From Bryobacterales bacterium (lineage in GTDB: Bacteria; Acidobacteriota; Terriglobia; Bryobacterales; UBA6623): 64,000 bases of DNA. Within the stretch, counting starts at the first letter, position 1. The number at the start of each line of letters is the position of its first letter. Shown piece by piece: positions 18,760 through 26,634 of the stretch. Below the pieces are notes generated by a model. The model made no database searches. It was not told the origin of the DNA and saw only the letters and a list, made by a program, of their open reading frames with translations. The stretch covers positions 46,990 through 110,989 of the forward strand of contig CBDBHI010000080.1 of assembly GCA_965205595.1 (NCBI GenBank), given 5' to 3'. A program made the position numbers and the translations under genes.

Positions 18760-19362
18760 TTGCCCATCGCTGCGCAGGGTCTGGAGATGCGGGTCTACGG
18801 CGACGCTCCGCCGGCAGCGGGGCGCATCGCGCAGACAGGCTTCGTCGCTGCGCCGCTGCTATTCGTCGGGCAGAACCAGGTGAATTTCCAGATGCCGTTC
18901 GACGTCGAGGGCATGTCGGCGGTTTGGATTGCCGCGGCGCGCGACGGAATTGAAAGTGACCACGAGATGGTGTCACTTGCACCCGCAGCGCCGGGCATTT
19001 TCGTGGGCGGGAATGGATTGGCGGCTGTAATCAATGACGACGGTGCATTGAACAGTGCGGCATCTCCGGCGGCTGTTGGAAGCATCGTGACGGTGTTTTT
19101 TTCCGGACTAGGCCCAGTCCAGCCACGAATTCCTAGCGGAGCGCCCACGCCCTTCACGCCGCTGCATCTACCGAGAAGTTCGTTCTCGGCGCAAGTCGCC
19201 GGGCAAAACGCCTCAGTTGTTGGGGTGGCGATGACGCCTGGATTCGTCGGGTTGGCCCAGATGTCTCTGGTCGTTCCGGAAGGCCTAGTCGCGGGCAAGG
19301 TTAGCCTGCAAGTCACCGTTGCCGGCCGGGCGTCAAACGGTATTTTGATCGAGGTGAGGTAA
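18760..19362 (+). CDS. TIGR03437 (Solibacter-type C-terminal) domain, 3' portion of the same frameshifted gene
   Basis: AAPLLFVGQNQVNFQMP, APAAPGIF, PGFVGLAQMSLVVP. This frame is open from 18634 and already encodes VSAGALASAFG upstream of the track start. Confidence 0.75.
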   Translation: MPIAAQGLEMRVYGDAPPAAGRIAQTGFVAAPLLFVGQNQVNFQMPFDVEGMSAVWIAAARDGIESDHEMVSLAPAAPGIFVGGNGLAAVINDDGALNSAASPAAVGSIVTVFFSGLGPVQPRIPSGAPTPFTPLHLPRSSFSAQVAGQNASVVGVAMTPGFVGLAQMSLVVPEGLVAGKVSLQVTVAGRASNGILIEVR

Positions 19363-19377
19363 CAGGCCCTGGTACTA

Positions 19378-20391
19378 CTACGCGTCTACGGCGAAGCCGT
19401 GCATCTTGCGATAGAGCGGGCCATCGTAGCGCTGCGTTGACTTGAAGTGCTCGTGGCGACCGTCGCCTGCTTCGGGCTCGGCTAGCGCCATGATTTTCTT
19501 GCGGGCAGCTTCGTCAAGTGGCTTGAAGTCACGCGCAATTTCTACGTCGGACATCAGTTGGTCCATCTTGAGGTAGCCGCGAACCAGTGAGGAAATAGGT
19601 AGGCTTAGCGCCCAGCGGACACACATTTCCGCGGTTACTTTCGTGGTCGACGGGATCTCGGCTACGCGTGGGCCACCACCCAGGGACTTCATGCCGAGCA
19701 CGCCGACGTCTTTTGCATTGCAAATCGGCACGACCTGGCGCTGGAATGAGCGGTAGAAGTGGTCCATCGGATTGATGGGCATCTGCGCCGTCGCCCAGTC
19801 GTAGCCTTTGTTGAGCATCTTGGTGTGGATGCGGGGGTGCTTGTGGCCGGTGAAACCGATGTAGCGGACCTTGCCCGCTTTCTGCGCTTCGAGCGCGAAC
19901 TTCAGGCCGCCTTTTTCAAAGACCCAGTCGGGGTCGTTGTCGTAGTTGGTCTCGTGGAACTGCCAGAGGTCGAGGTGGTCTGTCTGCAAGCGGCGCAGGC
20001 TAGTATCCAGGCATTCCTGGGCGAATTTGTAGTCGCGACCGGAGTTTTTGGTCATCAAGAAGACTTTGTCGCGCTTGCCTTTTAGCGCGCGGCCCATGAA
20101 TTCCTCGGCGTAACCGTCTAGGTAGACGTAGGCGTTGTCCCAAAAAAAGAGTCCGTTGTCGAGCGCCGCGTGCGCCAGCTTGAGGCCGGCTTTTTCGCCG
20201 TCGTCCTGGGCGGCACGGCCGAGATGCGCTCCACCGACGCAAAGGATCGGCACCTGCTCGTTGGTACGGCCTAGGCGACGTGTCGGGATACCATTGCCGG
20301 AGTTTTTCTGGGCAATCGCCTGGCTGGTTAGAGCGGACATTGCGGTTGCTCCGATCGATGCTTTAACGAAGTCTCGGCGTGATTCGGACAT
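19378..20391 (-). CDS. aldo/keto reductase with Tat signal
   Basis: SRRDFVKASIGA leader. AKR fold motifs (FWDNAYVY, IGFTGH). Confidence 0.85.
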   Translation of the reverse strand: MSESRRDFVKASIGATAMSALTSQAIAQKNSGNGIPTRRLGRTNEQVPILCVGGAHLGRAAQDDGEKAGLKLAHAALDNGLFFWDNAYVYLDGYAEEFMGRALKGKRDKVFLMTKNSGRDYKFAQECLDTSLRRLQTDHLDLWQFHETNYDNDPDWVFEKGGLKFALEAQKAGKVRYIGFTGHKHPRIHTKMLNKGYDWATAQMPINPMDHFYRSFQRQVVPICNAKDVGVLGMKSLGGGPRVAEIPSTTKVTAEMCVRWALSLPISSLVRGYLKMDQLMSDVEIARDFKPLDEAARKKIMALAEPEAGDGRHEHFKSTQRYDGPLYRKMHGFAVDA

Positions 20392-20446
20392 GCTGGTAAC
20401 AGTATACCGAGCTAGTTTTTTGGGGTGTTAGCGGGTTCTTGCTAGC

Positions 20447-20839
20447 ATTCCACTCACGACTGTTCTCGCGGTTGCGGTTGGCGGCGCATTTGGCGCGGTC
20501 GCTCGCTACGGGGTTTCCGTTTTGATGATGCAGCATGTTGGCGGGGGGTTCCCCTGGGGCACACTCGCGGCAAATTTGGTTGGATGCTTTTTGTTGGGGC
20601 TGCTAGACGGATTCGTGGTCTCGGGCCAACTGGTGTCGGCCGAGGCTCGTCTGCTGTTAGGCACTGGTTTTCTTGGGGCGTTCACTACGTTTTCGACGTT
20701 TAGCGTCGAGACGATTCGGGCGTTAGAAGTCGGCCAGTGGCTCGTCGCGGGCAGTTACCTAGTAGTGAGCTTGATTGGAGGCCTCGCGCTCGCCGCCCTT
20801 GGAGCGACATTGGCCACCAAAGTAGCGATGGGAGGTTAA
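20447..20839 (+). CDS. crcB: fluoride ion channel CrcB/Fluc
   Basis: GAFTTFSTFSVE signature and FPWGTLAANLVGCFLLG. The conserved TM1 (LAVAVGGAFGAVARY) is in frame upstream of the first TTG/ATG (20522/20525). The only start-like codon after the TAG at 20429-20431 is ATT 20447, so the start is uncertain. Confidence 0.8.
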   Translation: MPLTTVLAVAVGGAFGAVARYGVSVLMMQHVGGGFPWGTLAANLVGCFLLGLLDGFVVSGQLVSAEARLLLGTGFLGAFTTFSTFSVETIRALEVGQWLVAGSYLVVSLIGGLALAALGATLATKVAMGG

Positions 20840-20843
20840 TGAG

Positions 20844-21785
20844 ATGAGCACGGTTCGCGCGGCCGTTGTACAGATCGCGTCCTGCGTTTTTGACCGCGAT
20901 GCGACGCTCCGCAAGATAGACAAATGGGCAGCTAAGGCGGCCGCCGAGGGGGCGCAGCTTGTGGTGTTTCCCGAAGCGCTGCTGTCGGGTTACCCGAAGG
21001 GGCTAAGCTTTGGCGCGGTTATGGGCAGCAGGACGGCGGAAGGACGAGAGGATTTCCGGCGCTACTTCGACAGCGCGATTGATGTGCCGGGCGAGGCTAG
21101 CGCCGAGCTGCAGCGCATTGCTGCCGAGTATCACCTCTACATGGTGGTCGGTGTCATCGAGCGCGATGGCGGGACGCTGTATTGCACATTGCTCTATCTC
21201 GCGCCGGACGGCGCTCTGCTCGGCAAGCACCGCAAACTCATGCCGACCGCCCAAGAGCGCGTCGTTTGGGGCTTCGGCGATGGATCAACCATGCCGGTTT
21301 TCGATACCGCGATCGGCAAGTTGGGTGGCGTAATTTGCTGGGAAAACTACATGCCGCTGCTGCGAGCGCATATGTTCTCGCAGGGTGTTGAGCTCTACTG
21401 CGCTCCGACGGCTGATGATCGCGACACATGGCTCGCAAGTATGCAGCATGTCGCGCTTGAGGGGCGCTGTTTTGTTTTATCCGCATGCCAGTACCTGACC
21501 CGGGGCGATTGCCCGGCGGATTACTCAGCGCCGGGCGCGGACGAAGTTTTGATGCGCGGCGGCAGCTCGATCGTCAGCCCGTTTGGGAAAGTGTTGGCCG
21601 GGCCTGTGTTTGACGATGAGGCGCTGCTTGTCGCTGACCTCGACATGGATGAGATCACGCGGGGCAAGTACGACTTCGACGTGAGCGGCCACTACTCGAG
21701 GCCGGATGTGTTCCGGCTAGAGGTCGATTTACGAGAGAAAAAATCCGTCGTTGGCAGCGGAGACTGTGGAGACGAAGGTTCGTAA
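20844..21785 (+). CDS. nitrilase / carbon-nitrogen hydrolase
   Basis: Motifs around the Glu-Lys-Cys triad: FPEALLSGYP, HRKLMPT, CWENYMP. GGAGG RBS upstream. Confidence 0.9.
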   Translation: MSTVRAAVVQIASCVFDRDATLRKIDKWAAKAAAEGAQLVVFPEALLSGYPKGLSFGAVMGSRTAEGREDFRRYFDSAIDVPGEASAELQRIAAEYHLYMVVGVIERDGGTLYCTLLYLAPDGALLGKHRKLMPTAQERVVWGFGDGSTMPVFDTAIGKLGGVICWENYMPLLRAHMFSQGVELYCAPTADDRDTWLASMQHVALEGRCFVLSACQYLTRGDCPADYSAPGADEVLMRGGSSIVSPFGKVLAGPVFDDEALLVADLDMDEITRGKYDFDVSGHYSRPDVFRLEVDLREKKSVVGSGDCGDEGS

Positions 21786-21813
21786 TTCCATGTGACAGTC
21801 CCGGCCTGTGAGG

Positions 21814-23742
21814 TCATCTTGGCCACGAATCGAGAACTTTAATAACGGCTTCATGGCCCATCTTTTTCGCCCATGCTTGGGGTGTTGCCCAGGCCTCCGC
21901 ATCAGGTTCCGTGGCGGAAGCCCCTCGGCTCAGCAGTAGCTTCGCCATTTCGGCGCGTCCCCATCGGCAGGCCCAACCAAGGGGGGTACTCTTCAGTAGG
22001 TCATCACGGCAGTCAAGCCTCGCGCCCGCGTCGAGGGCAGCCTTGGCGAATGCTGTGGCTTCGTCCTCGGTCACGTAATCTCGATAGGCAGCGATTTCGT
22101 GCAGAACAGAACTGCCAAACTTGCTTCGAAGATTGACGTCGGCGCGCTCCAATACCATTTGGAAACAGGTGAGGTAGGTAGCTCGGTCTAAATCCGAGTG
22201 CGCCCAGGGTCCGTGCATGTGATTCCAGAAGTAGATCGGCTGCGTGAGGATGCGGTACCAACGAGCATCGTCACGCGGCCGGTCCGTACGGTCGAGCGTC
22301 ATCCGGACAATCTCGGCGCCGCCGCCACACGCGCTGCCCCACAACAGTTCTTCTACTAGCTCGGCCTTCGAGTTCTTTTCGCGAGGCAGCTTCCCGTGAT
22401 CGGCGTCTTCGAGCATCCTCCTCGCTATATCGGTTTCCCGGTAGTGTGCGACCGTCGCAGGTTCAATTTCTCCGCCATAGCGCTTTAGTAGACTCACCAT
22501 CTTTGTGTCGCGCTGGCTGTAGGCGCTATAGACTGGGGTGCCGCTGGCATAGACTTTCCCATTCGGGTCGGCGCCACGTTTAAGTAGGAGCTCGGCCATC
22601 TCGTACTTGCCCGTTCCGGCGGCATGCCAGAGCGGCATGCCCCAGCTCTGAACAGAGCCCTCCAACTCCTCAAGCGCCATGCGCTCGTCCGGTTCGAGGC
22701 CGAGGTCGAGCAGGAGCGTGAGCATGTCGAACCGGTCGTGCTGAACCGCGATTCGGAGCAATCCACCCCAGTGCTCGATTGGGTTCACTAGCAAACCCTC
22801 TGCGTTGAGCCGCCGAATGTGGTCGGCGGCTGCGAGTGCGACGGCGGCCCGGACGGTTAGCATGGCTCCTCCCGCGCGTAGAAGTTCGGCGACTGCTAGG
22901 AACTCGTCGACTGTCACGGGACCGTGCCAGCCACCACCGACCGCGTTGTCTAGCGGCGTGCGACCGTTGGGATCCGGCCAACCGGGGTTGGCCTTACGAT
23001 CGAGCAGCAACTGAACGATTGCTAGATTGCGAGTCGCGGCGGCGACATGCAGTGGCGTCCGGCCCCGTCGATTCGGTGTGTTGATCAGCGCCGGCTCACC
23101 GTCGATTTTTTCGATTACGGCCGTTTTGTCGCCGCTTATGATTGCTCGCGAGAGCTGATCGGAGTTCGCGGTCGTGGAGCCCGCGGCGGATTTCTCTTCG
23201 ACGCGACGCTGTTCCGCGTGTTCGATGATCGCGACGATATTGTCGTAACCTCGCTCACGGGCGATCGTCATCGCCGTTGTCGCGCCTCGGCGTGGATGGA
23301 TGCCTTTGTTCGCGTCCGCGCCGTGCTGCATCAGGAGCCGTACCATCTCGGGAGCGCGCGCCATCACGGCGTAGTGGATCGGGCGATGCTCGTTGGTCTC
23401 GGACATGTCCATATTGACGAGTTCGGGCCTGGCGCGAATCATCGACTCGACGGCCTTTAGATCGCCCGCGCGGACGGCGTCGGCGAGGCGTTCGACCGTA
23501 ACTCCATCGATGAAGGCCTTTAACTTCGGCCAACTATCGAAACCATAGGACCGCGCGAGAACGAGTTGGGCGTTGTGAAGTGCGAACGTCTGGGGATCGG
23601 CGCCTTGGTAACGCCTCGAAACCTCGGCAACGGCGTCCGGATTGCCGGAACGATACTCCTGCAATAATTCCTTCGCCTGACGTTTGAGCTGATCGAGGTC
23701 AGGCTTCGCCGGAAGGGTGCGTGTGGGCAGGGGCTTGCTCAT
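21814..23742 (-). CDS. ankyrin repeat protein
   Basis: Multiple ANK repeats (PIHYAV..MVRLLMQHGADAN, TPLHVAAATRNLAIVQLLLDRKANP, and others). ATG 23742 is preferred over the track start. Confidence 0.8.
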   Translation of the reverse strand: MSKPLPTRTLPAKPDLDQLKRQAKELLQEYRSGNPDAVAEVSRRYQGADPQTFALHNAQLVLARSYGFDSWPKLKAFIDGVTVERLADAVRAGDLKAVESMIRARPELVNMDMSETNEHRPIHYAVMARAPEMVRLLMQHGADANKGIHPRRGATTAMTIARERGYDNIVAIIEHAEQRRVEEKSAAGSTTANSDQLSRAIISGDKTAVIEKIDGEPALINTPNRRGRTPLHVAAATRNLAIVQLLLDRKANPGWPDPNGRTPLDNAVGGGWHGPVTVDEFLAVAELLRAGGAMLTVRAAVALAAADHIRRLNAEGLLVNPIEHWGGLLRIAVQHDRFDMLTLLLDLGLEPDERMALEELEGSVQSWGMPLWHAAGTGKYEMAELLLKRGADPNGKVYASGTPVYSAYSQRDTKMVSLLKRYGGEIEPATVAHYRETDIARRMLEDADHGKLPREKNSKAELVEELLWGSACGGGAEIVRMTLDRTDRPRDDARWYRILTQPIYFWNHMHGPWAHSDLDRATYLTCFQMVLERADVNLRSKFGSSVLHEIAAYRDYVTEDEATAFAKAALDAGARLDCRDDLLKSTPLGWACRWGRAEMAKLLLSRGASATEPDAEAWATPQAWAKKMGHEAVIKVLDSWPR

Positions 23743-24362
23743 GATGAGACTCCTTCTTTGCCGCACTTGTGGCGCTGGCACGTAAGCCCGGTGTCCGCGC
23801 TCTCGGGCCAAAAAGAGTTCATCAAACGGATGTGCTGCAAGAACTCAACTCAGGCGGACTCAGTCCTTCCCGCGGACACGGTGGCGACCCGAAACGCCAC
23901 GTTTACTATAGAGGCAGCAAAACCAATGAGTAAACGGCTGGCGACGACATTTCGAGATCGCGGCTCAACCCGGCAGACTAGAAAGACTCGGGAAGACCGC
24001 ATATAGCGGTTCGCGACGAATGTAGCGGGGGAGAGCGCGACCTGCCCCCGGGCGTGTCAAGATAAGCGTTTCGGGCCACAGGGCGCGGTCGCCAATCTGC
24101 AAGCCTCGCTAGGGACGCGCATTCATCGTTCCAAGAATACACAGATTTTCCGTCTTCAGGGGCCGATCGCCGCTGGCTGTTACCCCACTGCGCCTTGAAG
24201 TCGCCGCGTAGGGTTAATTGTCGACTCTCAAGCTGTACGGTTGGTACCTGAATTGCTCCGTAGGCTGGCCCGATACGTCGAAGAATCTCGCATTAATTTA
24301 CTAGGAAAGGTGAGCGGGCTAGCTTGCCTCGACGATGCCAAATTGAGTGAGGTGGTTCCGAA

Positions 24363-26615
24363 ATGACGATAGGACTCGCGCTGTCAGGAGGAGGATTTCG
24401 AGCGACCCTCTTCCATCTCGGAGTAATTCGGTATTTGCGCGACGCAGGGCGCCTGAAGGACGTTAACCATATCTGCTCCGTTTCCGGAGGTAGCGTACTT
24501 GCGGCGCATCTTGTCTTGAACTGGGAGTCATACTCCGGCAGCCAGGAGCAGTTCGAGGACGCAGAGAAGGAGGTGCTCGTCTGCACAAAGAGGGATATTC
24601 GGGGCCGGATTCTCCGTCGTCTAATGTTCCTGCCTGCTACGTGGTTGATTCCACGCCGGCTTCGCTCCCGGCTGAACATTCCGGCATCACGAATCGAAAT
24701 GTTTCGTTCAGAGCTAGATCGGCAGTTGTTTCATGGTGCCCACATGCATGATCTACCGAACCGGCCACGTCTGGAGGTTCTCGCAACGAACATGGCAAAT
24801 GGTCGCCTGTGCGCGTTTACCAAGAACGGAGTTTCGGTTGACAAAAACGGCGACGAGCGCCTACTCGAAAGCGTCAATGTCCCTGTATCTTTGGCCGTCT
24901 CTGCCTCGGCATCGTTTCCAGGAATGTTCCCGCCGGCGCTGATCGACTACGACATGATCGGTGTCACTAAGAACGAGTTTCCTGACGGCGGCCGTCTGAT
25001 TCTTACAGATGGAGGAGTATTCGACAATCTTGCAGTACGACAACTCGCCCAGTTTGCGAAGCATGCGGAGAAGGCCGGCAGCGCTCGAGACAAGCTGGAT
25101 CTGATGATCGTGAGCGACGCCGGCGGCGAATTCAACGAAAAATGGTTTCGCAGATGGACCGGGCTTTGGGGAACCGCGCTAAGGGCCGCGGACATCCTTA
25201 TGAATCGAATCCATCACCTTGAGCAAGAGCGAATGATTCGTGAGAGTCACACGGCTCCAGATTCTGAGTTTCTCACCATCAGTATCTCGGACACGCTCGA
25301 ATCGACCGACCAGAAGAACGCGTTAGAACCGGCGGTCCAGCACCACGTGAACCTGGTACGCACGGATCTAGACCGCTTCTCAAACGAAGAACGGGAGGCA
25401 GTTATTAGCCATGGCTATGCCATCAGCCACAAGCGCTTGTTCGCCAAACTCGGCGTCGGTGACGAATCGTCGAGTTCTATAAAATTCCCTCGATGTTCGG
25501 AAGCCCCCGACAGGTTAGTCCGAATTCTTCAATCGGCGCAGTATCGAAAGTTCCGACTGATCTCTAGGTACGACTGGATTCTCGTTCCTCAGCTGATAGC
25601 TTCGCTTTTGGCTGTCTGGCTTGCGCTGACAACCTACCAGACGCTCAGCCGTCCGATCATCGAGATATCGGGAAAGAACTTCACCGAATCGACTCTGCTG
25701 GTCGAGATTATGGCTCAGATGCTTGAGCCTGATTTTCGTGTCCGTCGGAATGTTAACGAGCCCGAGTCAGAAGATCTTTTCGAAAATCTTCTCGACCGTA
25801 AGACTGATATGTACGCTGACTATAGTGGGACTGTTCTCGCAAAAATCTCACATCTTCGGAATCAGGAATTACCAAGTGTCAGCGTGGAAAGCGCCGCCCA
25901 GCTCAACAAGTATCTACAAACTGCCGACTTAGGGGGCCGTCTCGTGGCCCTTGAGTCATTCGGATTTGAAAATCCCTTCGTGCTCGTGATGCTCCGGGAG
26001 AATGCAGAGAGTCTCGGCTTCCAAATCGTACCGGGCTCTCTCCCGACCATTAGCGAACTGGCAAAGAAAACCGAGTCCCATCCTGGTGAGCCAATCCAAT
26101 ACGGATTCTCTAATCGCTTTTCGGAGCGAACCGACTGCTGGCCCAATTTGGAGAAGCGGTATGTGTTCAGTCTGAAGAATCCGAAGGTTGTCGAGCATAA
26201 CGACAGCTATACGGCGCTCCACGAGGACAAAGTCGACGTTGTCATCGGCTACCGGACTGACCCGCAGTTACGATCAGACAAATACGTTCAGTTCGTCGAC
26301 GACCGCAATGCGTTTCCCTCATACAAGGCACTGCCGCTAATACGTGCCGATACACTGAACGACTATCCGAAAATAGCATTGAATCTTCGCGAAATCGCTG
26401 GAAAAATTACTGAAGAGAGGATGTTCGATCTGGTCGTCGAAGCAGACCGTCGGTTGGATGCCGCCTGTCGCCGTCGGCCAGGCTCACCGCTTGACAGCCA
26501 GGAGAGACTCACGATCATCAGCCCACTGGTTGACAAATTCTTGGCAGAATTGGCCGTCGGACAGTGGTGGCCTAGGGGAGTACTACCGTCCAGCTTGGTG
26601 ATGTCGGTCCATTGA
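24363..26615 (+). CDS. patatin-like phospholipase - TM helix - OpuAC/ProX-like substrate-binding domain fusion
   Basis: LSGGGFRA oxyanion hole (aa 7-14), SVSGG nucleophile elbow (Ser41), LTDGGVFDN catalytic Asp (aa 216). RKFRLISR then the WILVPQLIASLLAVWLALTTY TM helix (aa ~404-426). After that ISGKNFTESTLLVEIMAQML..., DMYADYSGT and FPSYKALPLIRADTL, typical of glycine-betaine/choline binding proteins. Confidence 0.8.
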   Translation: MTIGLALSGGGFRATLFHLGVIRYLRDAGRLKDVNHICSVSGGSVLAAHLVLNWESYSGSQEQFEDAEKEVLVCTKRDIRGRILRRLMFLPATWLIPRRLRSRLNIPASRIEMFRSELDRQLFHGAHMHDLPNRPRLEVLATNMANGRLCAFTKNGVSVDKNGDERLLESVNVPVSLAVSASASFPGMFPPALIDYDMIGVTKNEFPDGGRLILTDGGVFDNLAVRQLAQFAKHAEKAGSARDKLDLMIVSDAGGEFNEKWFRRWTGLWGTALRAADILMNRIHHLEQERMIRESHTAPDSEFLTISISDTLESTDQKNALEPAVQHHVNLVRTDLDRFSNEEREAVISHGYAISHKRLFAKLGVGDESSSSIKFPRCSEAPDRLVRILQSAQYRKFRLISRYDWILVPQLIASLLAVWLALTTYQTLSRPIIEISGKNFTESTLLVEIMAQMLEPDFRVRRNVNEPESEDLFENLLDRKTDMYADYSGTVLAKISHLRNQELPSVSVESAAQLNKYLQTADLGGRLVALESFGFENPFVLVMLRENAESLGFQIVPGSLPTISELAKKTESHPGEPIQYGFSNRFSERTDCWPNLEKRYVFSLKNPKVVEHNDSYTALHEDKVDVVIGYRTDPQLRSDKYVQFVDDRNAFPSYKALPLIRADTLNDYPKIALNLREIAGKITEERMFDLVVEADRRLDAACRRRPGSPLDSQERLTIISPLVDKFLAELAVGQWWPRGVLPSSLVMSVH

Positions 26616-26634
26616 GGATGCGCGTGCGAGCAGT

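Noticed and set aside
20392-20446. Possible fluoride riboswitch (crcB motif) upstream of crcB
   Set aside because: Only ~55 nt are available. The conserved GATG...CTGATGA-type pseudoknot elements are absent.
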